Below are positions 1 through 12,759 of a stretch of DNA of 64,000 nucleotides, in pieces. Location: NCBI GenBank assembly GCA_016748015.1, contig JAAOMT010000109.1, positions 359,461-423,460 of the forward strand, given 5' to 3'. The notes under the pieces were generated by a model, which was not told the origin of the DNA, searched no databases, and saw only the letters and a list, made by a program, of their open reading frames with translations. Each line of letters starts with the position of its first letter. Within the stretch, counting starts at the first letter, position 1. This stretch comes from Geosiphon pyriformis uo1. Taxonomy: Eukaryota > Fungi > Glomeromycota. Position numbers and translations under genes: made by a program.

Positions 1-799
1 TGATTTTCAATTCCCATTTTTTTTTCTAAGTTCCTTTTGTTTTGACACTTTTCATAGCACTGTTTTTGATATAGGATAAGACAGTTTTCGTAGAGATAAG
101 TGTTGATTTGAGCAAGATATTGTTTTTGCTCTTATTGAGTGAGGCATAGTTGTTGGTAGTAGTCCTGGAATTTGTCCACTGGGTCGAACATGTTGTAACT
201 GGTGACTTTGTCAGCTACTTCGGCTGACTTTTTCCAATGTCATATTTTTTCAGTGATTCCTCCTCTTACTTTGGCCTATGCAGTGTTGTACAACTCATTT
301 TTGTCATGTGAGTAGTGCTGTAGTTTTTTTAACACTCTGTTAAACACTGTTTCAAATAGTATTCTTCTTCTTATCCAGTCACAGATGAGAATCGTGTATT
401 GGCAAGTTGTGTCACATGTTTTTCTTTTGCCTGGTATGTCATTTCAGTCACACCCTTTTGGTAACAGTTTTCCACAAGCAAGACATGGTTTCTTATCCCA
501 TTTTCTGTGTCTTTCTGGATAATCATATTTTTTATTGTTACAACAGTTACAATAGTAATGGGTGGAGTTTTTTGGGTCTTTGTCTGATGCACTGTATGTA
601 GTCATAGACGAGAGTTTCTTCTTGTAAACCAAGCATTCTAGCTTTGGTTTGCATTACTGGTGGTTTCTTTGTGAACTTATCTGGTTCTATTCAGATTTTT
701 CTTCACTGGTCCATGTTGGTATGGCTGGTAGTCCTGTTCTTTGGTTATTAGCCCAAGAGAGCTGATAAGTTTTGATGGCTGGTAGTGCTAGATTTTTCT

Positions 800-1270
800 C
801 AAATTCGAAAGTAGGTCTTTGGTTGATGCTGGGTTTTTGAAAGTGGCCACAGATGGCTAAAATTCTGGCCTGGTGGCTATTATAATTAATCAGAAGCTCT
901 TGGGTGATCCAGTCTAGGGTGGCATTGGCTTTTGTTAGCCAGTCATTCTCTACTAACGCTTGATATTGTGTAGTGTCCATTACTAATACTTTTGTAGGTA
1001 TTACTATGCCATTAATTTCGAAAGAGAATGAATCGATTTCGCTATGAGGCAGCTTTGTACTTCCATTGGCTGTTATGATTTGGGATGTCATAGCATGATT
1101 AACTTTGAAACCCAGTTGGTTTACTAGTTAAAGCATTATGATGCTTCCAGCAAATCTACTATCTAAAATAAGTTTGATTGGGGTATTGTTTACAGTGGCT
1201 TCCATATACATAGCAGTAATTGGGCATTTTTTATCTAATGCTATTCTACTGAACATAGCCTTATTTTTCT
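800..1270 (-). pseudogene. aspartic protease domain of element Z
   Basis: LILDS(R/G)FAGSII active-site motif; ITANGSTK flap; ALVENDWL (ancestral LVGNDWL). Confidence 0.8.
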
Positions 1271-1499
1271 CTAATTCAAAAGAAAAAATAGCTGTAAGAC
1301 TGCTATCTTTGGTAGTAACTGTTGGTAGTATTGTTTGGCTTAATTTATTGGAGAAATTTTCAGTTCTGTTTATGTTTCTACCATTATTGTTTCCGATGAT
1401 CAGATTTTCTGGTATATTAAGGTAAGTTTGTTGGTAATTTTGGTAGTTTGAATTGGTTTGCTGACTGGTTCTGGTGTGGTTTGGATTCCTTTGGACCAA

Positions 1500-3340
1500 C
1501 ATGTTCTGGTTCTACATGGGCTGATTTCGAGGCTTGGGATGCCAATTTGGATTGGCTATTATGGGCTGTTGCTGGTAAATTCCTTGATTTTGATACATGA
1601 TAGGATATTGGTGTGATATTGGCATGTACTGGTTTTTGGGCATTTGGGGTGGTGCATAATAATTATTTTTGCGTATTTTCTGCATCATTTGCATTTAATA
1701 TTGACTAATCAAATGTCCTACACATTTGCAAAAATGGCAGATGCACATTTCTGTTCTGAATTTCTGTTACAACAAGCAATTATTTCAACTGTCGTTGACT
1801 TTTTGGCTGCATTTTTGGAGTGGTTGATATGTATTTCTTCTTGGATCTGGAATGAAGTAACTTTCTATTTTCTTAAAGAGTTTCTTCTCTAATTGTGTTA
1901 CTCTTTTCTCTAATGTTTCTGTCTTATTTTCTTTCATTACTATGTTAACTATTTGACTATGGTTAGCTTTTTTTTCAGCCAATTCAAGAGCTCTGGCAAG
2001 CATAATGGCTTCTGGTAAGAAATTAGGGTGAACAGAACATACTCTTTCTAAAATACTGCTTTTTAATCCTCTAATAAACTGATTTAAAACCTGAGAATCA
2101 GTGTAGTATCCTTGTTCAATTGCTTCAATCTGATGGCGAATTCAATTGAATTGAGCAAGGTATTGGGTGACAGTTTCACTAGTACTTTGCTTGATAGTAT
2201 TGAATTTGTTTTGTAGTTGGATTATGGCGTTTGGGTTGCTAAAATACTCCAAGAGTGTGTCTTTGAATTCTGCGAAGCTTGTGAGTTTTGTTTCTAAGCT
2301 TTGATACCATGAGTCGGCAGTGCCTTTTAGAAAGAAAAATAATGTTTGGATTGCTCTTTGATTATTCCAGTTATTTGCCTGGATGACTTTTTGTGCTTCT
2401 CTGAACCATGTGTGCATGTCCGTTTCTTCTTCCTCTCCTGAGAAATTTGTTAATTGCGTGATGTAAGATGTGGCTATTTCATCGTTGTTTTCTGCTGGTG
2501 GGTTTATTGGTCTAAAAGAAAATGGGATGATATTTCCTTGAGCATCTCTAAAGGTGGCTTCTTTTATATCCGGTTTTTCCTCTTGATCACGAGTTTCTTG
2601 GTTTCTGGACAGGTTGCTTGTTCCAGTGACTGGTCTTATGCTTGTTTTTTCACTGGTTTCTTCGGATTCCGATTTAGACTTCTCTTTACAGTTTTCAAAC
2701 CTGCTCCAAATTTTGGTTGAAAAAGGGGTTTTTGGAATAGCAATGAATATTCTCTTGTAATTGGTATATCTTCCCAATTGTATTGTTTGAGCTTTTCAAT
2801 ATAATTAAAAGTTTTCAGCATTTGTGGGGTTGATGTAAATAATGATGTAGCTCCTAATAGGAGTTGGATTTTATTATCTGGGGAAAAATGGTAAGATCTT
2901 TTTTTTGGTGAATGAAGGCATTGTTTCTTTACTGATTGCATGACATTTTTCTTGGGCATTTGGACAGGTGTTCCTAATTTTTGCTGATTTTTTTCGTGAT
3001 TAATTTCTGAATTGTGGACGCATTCTCTGGTGTTCTTTATGGATATTGGGTAATTTTTGTTGGTGTATTGCTCAATTTCGTGATAAATTTGAACAATAGT
3101 TGCAGCTATTGCTGTTGTTTTTTTTGAAGTAAATTGAGATAATTCCCTATATAATTAATGTTTTGTATTATTTGGTTCTCCTTCCCTTCCTATGTGATAA
3201 TTTATTCTGATGTTAATATAATAGATGAGGGTGTTTTCAGCTGGACAACACTCTTCTGATAATCCAAAATCACTTTGATGTTGTAAATAAAGGGCATGGC
3301 AGAATTCAACAACAGTAAAATTAGGAGTTTTTGTCACCAT
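1500..3340 (-). pseudogene. gag: gag of element Z, with decayed CCHC zinc knuckle
   Basis: ATG at 3340 (MVTKTPNF). Retrotransposon gag motifs in ORF 2142-2777. Knuckle CHFCK.VGHLISQ(Y/C) at about 1738-1697. Many in-frame stops. Confidence 0.8.
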
Positions 3341-3519
3341 TTTGGTTTTCCTTCTTTTTAGCAATGAATTATTGCTAATTATTAGTTTTCTTTAATTTTT
3401 TTTCCTCATAGAGTTTATCAGATATTATGGGATGGTTTTCTTGGTATATTTAATTGCCAATATTCCGTTTTAATTGCAATCAGTCTCTTGTGAGTTCCTC
3501 AATTCTATTTGTGTGATAA

Positions 3520-4299
3520 TGTTATTGTTATACTGAAGGCTTTCTCTTTAATATTATGATGTAAGTTATTTCTCAATTCCTGATTGTTGTGTGTGTTTAT
3601 ATACTCCTTCTCAAAGGCTGAACTAAAATCTACCTGCTGTTTGGAGTCTTTTCTGAGACTATCATTGCAATTGCCTGATGTGTTTCTCTAATCTAGAAAC
3701 ACAGAATGTTAATGGTCTTTAACGCTTTTCCTAATTTTCACAATAAAGCTTTTATCAATTAGTAACAATGTAAATAATCTTGATTAAAGATTATTCTTCC
3801 AAAGAATTTAACTAATGAATGATAATTTCATTCAATAATTAACACAAGTGAGTTTCTTATTACTTTGGGGTTGTAATAATTCAGTTTTAAATATTCTTTT
3901 TCATTTCTTTTTGATTTAAAAGTTTCTTGGGATATTTAATTTAAAGATACAATTTAAAGTGGAGTTTGTTGAATAAATTGGATCTATTGCTTGATAAGTT
4001 ATAATTTTTATTACTTAATTAACTTTTCTTAATATTAAAGCTACTGTATATATACATGTTTGTAGTTCTACAAGAAAATATATTGTAATACTTTTTTTTT
4101 GATATTTCAATCTGGTGTTTGCTGCTATTACCAGTTGGTATTGGCTACTATTGTGAACTGGTGCTTGCCACTATCACAAGATAGTGTTTGTTACTATGTT
4201 AATCATTACCTTTCTAAGATTATTACTGTGCTATATTATGATTGAATAGTTTATATTATTTTTATGATTTTTTTGCTAAATTCTTAAACTTTAACAACA
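3520..4299 (-). repeat. putative 5' LTR of element Z
   Basis: The minus strand starts TGTTG at 4299 and ends ..TAACA near 3520. It contains a TGTATATATA TATA-like motif (~4048-4057) downstream of a 23-bp tandem array, the same layout as the other LTRs. There is no partner LTR in the window to confirm it. Confidence 0.4.
4111..4200. repeat. about 23-bp tandem repeat x4 (consensus ~CTGGTGCTTGCCACTATCACAA)
   Basis: Units tctggtgtttgctgctattacca / gttggtattggctactattgtga / actggtgcttgccactatcacaa / gatagtgtttgttactatg. Confidence 0.7.
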
Positions 4300-4594
4300 T
4301 TTTAATACAAATTATGTTGTTTTTTAAGTGCTACTAATCTATTGAGTTATATGTTTTGCATATGTTCTACAAAACTAGTATTACCAGCTGAAATTTAAGA
4401 TATTATTTAACATAAAATTATTTATATAATTCATATTATTAACTAACATATATTATTATTTTAATATATTACTTATTATCTTATTAAATTATTCAAATTA
4501 TCATTTAGTTAATAATCTAATTTGTACAAAACACAAATGTAACCAAATTGTGATGATCAAATCATACAATACACTGAATTATATAACATTAAAA

Positions 4595-4712
4595 ATTCAC
4601 TAAAATATTAAGTAAATTCAACAAAATATTCAATAATTTACTAAAATAATTTATAGTTCACAAAATTAACTTGTAGTTTAATGAAATATATTTTTAGTTT
4701 ACCAAAATATTA
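4595..4712. repeat. about 20-21-bp degenerate tandem repeat x6
   Basis: attcactaaaatattaagtaa / attcaacaaaatattcaata / atttactaaaataatttata / gttcacaaaattaacttgta / gtttaatgaaatatattttta / gtttaccaaaatattaaa. Confidence 0.6.
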
Positions 4713-5094
4713 AAAAAAAAAAAGTGTTAAATTATGAAAAAATATCCCAACAAATTGTATAAAAGAAGAGTTTTTCTTTTTAAAAAAATGTATCTTAATT
4801 AAAATAATTTTTTACCAAATATTTTTTCTTAAAATAATTTTTTTTACAAATTAACTCAAATAAAACTCACTTGAAAAACATAAATTTTTTAATTATTATT
4901 GTTTTAAAATTAACTATTTTATACTAATAATTTGAAATATTATAAAAACATATAAAAACTTTTTTCTCTTTTTCATCCTAAATTCCCAAAAAAGAATCAA
5001 AAATTTTTGAAAGAAGTTTTCTTTTACCATTCAATACAATTAATTCAAACTGTTTTTTGATTTTGAGACCACTGTTGGCCCTAGTATTGCTATC

Positions 5095-6889
5095 ATAAAG
5101 AAGATTATTAAAGATTCTAGCTCTGGTGAGAGTTTCAGACCCATTTTGTTGGAAAAAAAAAAGGTGGCATTTTGGAGAAGAGTATTAAAGACAAAGGAAA
5201 GTCTTTTAAGATGTCAAGTGGTTGTTTATGGGGTTCTGAGACTGGTAACACCACCAAGTCTAATAGCATTAATATGAAAGAAGAGTGTTTGGTAGAGGAA
5301 ATAAATTTCAACTATGGTAAAAATAATGTTTTTGCTGATGGAGATTCTAATCAAATGCCTAAAAAACTGGGTATTAAAACCAAGAAGACATTGGGCAAGC
5401 TATTAAGGAAGATAGATTTCTTAGATTATGATAATAATGATGATGTTCTTTCAGATATTACTTTGAAACTCTCCTCTCTCTTAAGAAATTTGATCAAAGT
5501 TTCTATTAAAAAATCTTTTGCATTAAATATTAGGTTGGATAAGATAGTTAACAAAACATCTCAAAAAAAATGTGCTGTAATTAAGAAATTATTTTCAGAA
5601 ATCAATAGTTTAAAGGGGACATCTACTCTTTTAAAATTCTTAAAAATCATCAGAGCAACATTTATCTCCAAATTAGGTCTAATAAAAGCCACTAAAAAGA
5701 CTACTAGTGCAAAAATCATGGTAAATACTAATCTTAAAAAATCTAACAGGCATTCTGATCAGGCTGTGGTTTTAAATAAAATTCTAATTAGTACTTCTAC
5801 TGAGACTGTACATACTGCACTATCTGAGTTTGGCATTATTAAGTCAATTAAGATACAATTGGTGAGACTGTGATAAGCAAGTAGTTAAATTTAAACAGAT
5901 TAATCATGCTAATTTGGTTGCAGCAAAATAGTCTATCCTAATTAGGAAGGATGCAGTGCATGTTATTAAGGCTGATCAAGATAAGATTTTATGAAATATA
6001 AAAGACAGTCATAGGGTGCTGCTCTATACTTTTTCTATGGGAACAAATACTCATGACATCTGAAATTTCATTGGTTTTGTAAGTAAAAAAATGTGTATAA
6101 TCAACTGATATTTTGTTATATATGTTCAGATCAGATGTACCATTGTTTGTTTTGAATCAACTGAATCTTTGGATGCCATTATGGAAACAACACCTGTGTT
6201 GAAAAGGACCAATTTATGATGGTCTTGTCTGGGTTTTTTTAAGTATGCTAAGTGTGAGAAAATAGAACGTATGTTATTGGGCTGTTCTGTAGAAAAGAGT
6301 TTGTATTTTAGTAAAATATCTTATATAACACTTTTAGACATAAATAAAAACAGATTGGCAATTATCTATTTCAAGCATTCAGCTTCTATTACTTGTCCTG
6401 TTGCTTTTTGGTGGAGTTTTTTAGGCAAAGATAGCTGGCAGATCTTTATTTCCTTTTCTTCCTATGCAAAATGTTTCAGTTAACTTTGGCTCCTCTGTGA
6501 AGATAAAGCTTACTTCTCCTATTGCAAAAGACATTAAGAATAGGTTTGCTGTCTTAGAGAGCAGTCTTACTAGTCTTGTAGAACAAATTAGTAAGTTGGC
6601 TAAGAGATTGGGCTCACTTATTCTAGCAGTTTTTCAGCCTAGCCCTAGATGTTAACTGTTAGTAACCCCCTCATTACAAAATCAGGTAGGCTATATAGTG
6701 ATAGGATTGGGCTTGAGTGAAACCACTAGTGGTAAGACTGCTGCATTTCTGGACTTATTTTCTAATCCTGATATGGTTAAATTTGAGAATATGTTGAATA
6801 GTCTTTCTATTTTGGTATTTAGTTTGTCAGCTTGTTTTGATGGTTTGGTCTTAACTGGTAGCATGTACCCTCAATCTTCCTCTCAATGA
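5095..6889 (+). pseudogene. LINE ORF1 (RRM-like region, decayed zinc knuckle, coiled coil)
   Basis: ALSEFGIIKSIKIQLVRL matches VFSKFGKIVSIKMQLIGL of ORF 59800-61320. Coiled coil RFAVLESSLTSLVEQISKLAKRL. Ends at TGA 6887-6889. Confidence 0.8.
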
Positions 6890-9800
6890 GTGAATTAGTC
6901 CTGAAAATTGTGATTTGTAATGTCAGAGGTATGAACAATCCTGCAAAGCAGGAGGATATTGTGCATTGACATAAGGACATGAACAATTTAATCTCAATTT
7001 TTATGAAAACTAAGCTGAAAAAAAAGATTTGCCCATGGATTATTAACAAATTTACTGGTGTTCATGTATTAACTTCTAATTTGAACTTTGGTTATTTAGT
7101 TTGGGAATTGCTATAATCATGAATGATTCTCTGGTAAGGCATGTGTATAAGATTTCTGAGATATCTGGGCACCTCTTATTTATCAAGTTGCTATTCAAAA
7201 ATAAACTTTCTGTTTTGATTTTGGGGCTTTATGCTGAGGTGTCTTTGGCAGTTCATTTTTCTTAGATGGATAACATTAATTCTTTAATTATAAAGGCTGT
7301 GAATAAGTTCTTTTTTGTTATCTTAGGTAACAGTTTCAATGAGGATAATGCTCACAAATATGCAAGTTTTAAAAAATGCTTTGATTTGGGTTTAGTCAAT
7401 TCTTTAGATGAGAGTTCATTTGTGAAGGTGTTGACATAGAGCAATTTCTAAGATGTCTTGAAAATAATTGATTATATGTTGGTTTCTTCAAATTTGGCTA
7501 ATGTAATTGTGCAGTACAATGTTTCAGATATCTGTAAATATTTTAACATTGATCATCAAGCTGTTTTTGTGTCTGTAGGTTTGAGTAGTTTGCTGGATAT
7601 GCGGTTGAACTTTCTTTGTAAACAGGTAAACAAAGATTGTTAGAAGTTTGACTTTAAGAGTATAAGTAATAACAACTGGACTAGGTTTAAGGAGGTTTTG
7701 ACAGCTAATACTACTATGTTTTTTGATGATTTTATAATGTTTAGAAGTTTTACAAATTTGGATGCAATATGGAATGTTATCTATAAGGTGATGTGCCTAT
7801 CAGCTAAAAAAATCTTATAAAAAAAGTGGTTCAAAGGCTACAACAGTGTTTTTACTAAAAAGTTGTCCAGATTCTACAAGCTTGAACTTTTGGTTTCTAG
7901 AATTGTTAGAGCTTTTTAACTGGCTTTGCATAATGTATTTGATTCTTTACTGGTTAAGTAAGAGTGTTTTAATGCTGCCAATACAGCTGCTGTGAAACTA
8001 CTTGTCAATTCTGAATCTTGCTTTGATGATATCAGATTTACTTTGGCTAAGATCAGAAAATTTTATCACTTTTCTAAACTGTCAGAATCTAAGTGCATTG
8101 AGAAATCTTGAATCTAAATTGGCTATTGATAAAAAGATGGAAAGTTTTGAGTTCAATAAAGACCATACCATCAGGAATGTATTAGAGCATTCTTTTTGAA
8201 AAGTTATGCTGGACCATCTTGTAGTAAATAAGAAGCTGGTTTTGGAATTCAATCTGGTTAAATTTAAGGTTAATGAGATTATAGAATGCTGGACTCAAAA
8301 GCATGAAGTGGTTCTTATCATTTTTGATAATTGGTTTTGCCAATACCAACTGCTAGATAATGTTTTTGATGGTGCTTTTTCAAATGTAATGACTCCAATT
8401 GATTTTAATAATTGTTTGATGTTGTCTCAGATCTGTCTGATAGAAAAGCTGCTGGCTTTTCTGGCATTTCCAATGAGTTATGGAAACATTGTGATAAATT
8501 AATTTTAAACATGCTGCTAGTATTTTTAAACTTTTGTTTAACATGTAAATTAGTTTCAACTTCTTGGAAAGAGGCTTGGATTTCTATAATTCTGAAACTA
8601 TATAAATAAGAAGGTGTTTTTACAAATACTTACTCTATTGTTTTAATTAAGACAGCTCACAAAATTCTTTCCAAAATCTTTTTGGACAGAATTTTTTCAG
8701 CTTGTAGCACCTTTAATGTTTTTTAGAGTAATAATTTTTCTGTTTTGAAGAGCACTATAATACAGTCCCCTATTTTTGCTATTGGTTTAATAATTGAAAA
8801 TATCTTAGAAAAGAACTAAGAGCTATGATTAGTTTTGCAGAATATGTGTAAGACTTATGACTTTGTTAAATGGAAGCATCTCAAGAAAGGCCTGGTCAGA
8901 ATCAAAATGTATGATAAATTTATTAGGTTTTTTGGTGGTATTCACAATAATCAAGTTAACAGAATTATGACTAATTTCAGTTTAACTGATGAATATTGGG
9001 TTTATAATGGGTTAGATCAAGAGGAAGTTTTCTTACTTCTTTTTTGGCACAAATTTTATGATTTGCTTCTATGTGAAATTAAGAGACAGGTAAGTGTGTA
9101 TGGTTACAGGTTGAACTTTTATTTTGTTTCCAAAACTGATTGCATGAATTCTCAAGATGAAATGATGAGATTTTTTGTGGCTAGTGCTTTTGTTGATAAT
9201 ACTATTTGGATTGGTAGTAACTGGATAGCAACACAACATATTTTCAATATTGTTAATTAATTTTTCAGGATCATTAACATTTCTATAAATAACAATAAGA
9301 CTGTGGTCATTCTGGTAAATTGCAGAGTTACAAACTTTTTTCTATCTGTCAGTATCGCACCTATTTCTGTTGCTAAAAATAGTGAATCTTATTGCTATTT
9401 AGGTATATTTTTGTTTTTTGAGAGTTTGTCAAAGCCTAGCTTGGCTAAGGCTCATTTAAATATTCGGTTTTTTACCAATCTCATTTTAAGAAAAGCTATC
9501 TTTGATAAACAATTTTTGTATTTGGTGTTAGCAGTCTTTCTTCCTATTGTGAGCTACAGAACTCAATTCAGTTTTGTTCTTATCAGTGTGTATAATAAGT
9601 AGAACACTATGATTTGCAAGAGCTTAAAGTTCAAATTTGGACTGTTGCTTAATTTTCTCAATGATGCACTTTATTATCCTTCTTTGTACAATTTGAAATA
9701 CTTTAAGCAGATTCAAGCTAAAGACAAATAGGTTTCTATTGTTTATTTTGTGAATTTTTCTGGTATTTTGGACCACCTGTTTATGTACAGGTTACATAAT

Positions 9801-11430
9801 CTGCAGGTTTTCAGCTGGCATCCATGCCATTCTTTGCTTTTTCTGTCTTATATTACTGTTAATTCTTGAAATAACTTCTTAGCTGGTATAATTTGCATTT
9901 TTTTGGGATATGACCTGTTTTTGGGTGGTCTTGTAACCAATGTTTTTCATTTCCATGCAGTACCTCTTTGTTTCTTGTTTTTGGTGGTTTTAGATATCTC
10001 AAATGTGTTTCTTCATTTTGGTAGTATGAAATTGTTTTTGTTAAGCAGCTTTGCAACTGTACTGGTGCAATTTTTGAGTGGAAAACATTTAAGCAGTAAA
10101 AAAAATTGGACCCATGTGGTCTGGTTCCTGATTGGTTTGAGCATTTTCTTTATTTTCTTAGTAATAATACTTCTGTTTCTATTAATTTTTTTCTTTCTCT
10201 GGGTGTTGAGTCTTCAAATATTCTTAAGTCTTATAAGTTCAAGGTCATTTGTGACTATTTGTCAAGTGTTAATACTGGTTGTTTTTTTGTCTATACAAAT
10301 GGATTTCTTATTAATTTGGAGAATTTTGACATGAAGACTAGAACTGCAGTTTTTTTTAAGAATGTTGGTTTGGGTTTGGGTGTTAGAGTTTTTGGTTTGG
10401 TGTCTTCCATTATGACAGAGCTGCAGGCTATTGTATTGGTGCTTAAGTGCATACTTTCTTCCAGTTTAGTTCAAGTTTTCTTGGATAGTTAATCTGCTTT
10501 GGCTGTTTGCAAATTAGAATTGGGCTTGTTGTGTCCTGATTTCTGGAATTAGTGTTGGATTAAATGCCATTATATTGTGAGTCTTATTCATGTTAAAAAT
10601 TTGAATGTCAGTTAGATTAAAGTGAAAAATCATTTAGGTGTTTCAAGCAATGAATGTGCCAATACTCTTACTAAGACTGCTTTTTTCTCTAATTAGTATC
10701 TTTTTTATTAAATTAATAAGTGTTGTGTTGTGGCTAGTAGCAATATTGTTTCTAGAAATTCTAGAAATTTTGTTCATAATATTTTTTAATCTATTTACTG
10801 TGTGTACTGGGAGGCTGGCTCTGGTTTTTAGGTGGTAAAGACTAGTCTACAAGCTAATATTGATTGGTTTAGATTATCTCTGGTGTAGTATCCTAATTCT
10901 CATTTGGCAGTTGGTTTCACTAGTAAATTTACAGCTGATATTGACATATATTTTATAAAAGCTCTGCATTATCGGCTTTTAGTTGCTGTCTATAAGTGTT
11001 TGTACAACAAACATTATTCAAGTGTAGTGTATTTGTTTTGTAATAATATTAAGGTCTCGGATCATGCTTTCTCTTGCTCATTTGACTTTGATGCTTGTGC
11101 TCAACTACTAAACATTTATGCAACTGACTGGAGAAAACTTTTTGGTCTTTCTCTTTTATCTTTTTGTGTGTTGCAACTTCTGTTTTCATGTGCTTCTGAC
11201 ATCATAATGTGTGCAGTTTTATATAAGAGTTTTATTCTTAATAATTGGTATTAAGAGTCTTTTGCTGTTTTCAAGGATTTTAAAACTGCAGATCAGATAA
11301 TTGTAGATTTTGTGCACAGATTTTGCTTTGCCTTCCAGAACAAAGTCTGGTTAGTCCATACTAAGTACTGGGCTTTTATAAAAAATAATGAACTAATCCC
11401 ACTAGATGAGTTCATTTTGGTTTTTTTACT
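6886..11430 (+). pseudogene. LINE ORF2: APE endonuclease, RT, RNase H, CCHC
   Basis: MSELVLKIVICNVRGMNN (APE start); IIDY..IDHQAV (APE end); QNMCKTYD, GLDQEEV and AFVDN (RT); VYTNG..ELQAI..FLDS (RNase H); (C)LFC..VSDHAFSC. Many stops. Confidence 0.9.
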
Positions 11431-12759
11431 ACTCAACTGTTTCTTAAGACCAGAAAATTTCATATTACCAAAAAACCCAACACAATAGTTTAAAAAAATC
11501 TTTACTAATACCAATTTTTTTAATTTTCTAACAGAAAACCAAAGCAATTACTCTAATAACAATAAAAATGTTTTTTAATTTACAGAAGAAAAAACTACTG
11601 AAAAAGAAAATACAAAAGACATAGCAACTATTTATATTACAAAAATTACTAAATTTACAGAAAAAAATACTAACACCAGTCTATAAAAGTGACTTAACAA
11701 AGTTCAGAAAGCAGAAAATACAAATAGATAGAATGCAGTAAGAATATTAAAAACAATTTCATATTTTCTCTAAGAAACAGCAGAAAAATAATTTGAAAAC
11801 TTGGCCAAACTTTCGAAAACTGATAAGCATTCAAAGATGCTTTTTTAAAACAATTTACTAACAATAACATTTTTATTATTCTTTAAAATTACTTTCATAA
11901 TATCAAACAAAAATCATCTAAAACTATTATAACCTATCTTGGAAGATTTAATAAACATTTCTGATGAATTTAACAAATAGAAACCAATAACTATTACTCC
12001 AATGTCCAGATTTTAAATCAGTTTATTGCAAGATTAAAAAACAAACTTATTAAAAAAGTTCAATTACATGCTTTAACAAATCTAGCCACTGCCATTTAAC
12101 ATGCTAAGGCCTATAAAATAGCAATAAAAAAAGCTAATTACACCAAACTTGTGAATCTTGCAATTAGAAAAACTAGTTTAACATTTAAAAAAAAGATTAA
12201 TCAATTAAACAAGAAAGTCAAAAATTATTTTACTAATCAATAACAGTAACAACAATAAAAATATTAATCATCTCAACAATGCAATCAGAATAGCTACACA
12301 TTATTACTGAACAATCAATTTCAAAGCTATCACTATTATAGAATTTTCAGACACTAGAAACAAGATTGCCAAAAATACAACAAAATCAACAACAACAGAA
12401 TAATTAACACTATTTTTAATCTTAACAATCTCATTACCAATTTTTACTATGAACTTATTATTCATCAAGATCTCAATATCAAAACAGTTATTACTAATTT
12501 GTTTTACAATTCATTCAACAGCAGTATTAACAACTATTTGCTCAGTAATATCAAATATTTGTTCGAAAATTGATTTAACAAGATCAATTGTCATCACAAA
12601 ATTAGTTTTTTAACAATAATAAATTTAATTCCAACAACTAATTAATTTTTCAACAACCAGTTCAGCAAAGATTTATATATTATTACACTCAACCCAATTA
12701 CTTTACAATGCCAGAAAAATCAGATTTTCAACAAATTGCACTTTTTAAAAGTAACACTA
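11431..12759 (+). pseudogene. gag: gag fragment of old Gypsy element D (no 5' LTR)
   Basis: Reverting transitions gives KFTGE..SPQEWLDKVQKAGDANGWNA.RMLKAIPYFLQGTAGEWFEN and a CHYCG.PGHWKQDC knuckle (~12326-12369). Confidence 0.75.

Larger units (their letters stand above)
1..4299 (-). mobile_element. Ty3/Gypsy LTR retrotransposon Z (degenerate; 5' LTR, gag, protease, Cys-rich region; runs off the left edge)
   Basis: Minus-strand ORF fragments 2142-2777 (FSGEEEETDMHTWFREAQKVIQANNW..FFLKGTADSWYQSL, gag), 1128-1502 (IKLILDSRFAGSII, protease) and 444-632 (YYCNCC..PCLACG) are collinear with element A. The right boundary is approximate. Confidence 0.85.
4940..11430 (+). mobile_element. non-LTR retrotransposon (LINE) L1a, near full length, 3' end broken off
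   Basis: ORF1 and ORF2 (APE-RT-RNaseH-CCHC) fragments are collinear with the LINE at 54546-61508. Homology stops after LIPLDEFILV (~11430) with no 3' UTR or poly(A). The 5' boundary is approximate. Confidence 0.9.

Noticed and set aside
3675-3705. Hammerhead ribozyme (CTGATG plus 9-bp hairpin, 3679-3703)
   Set aside because: The core lacks CUGANGA and a GAAA immediately after stem II, and it is antisense to the element.
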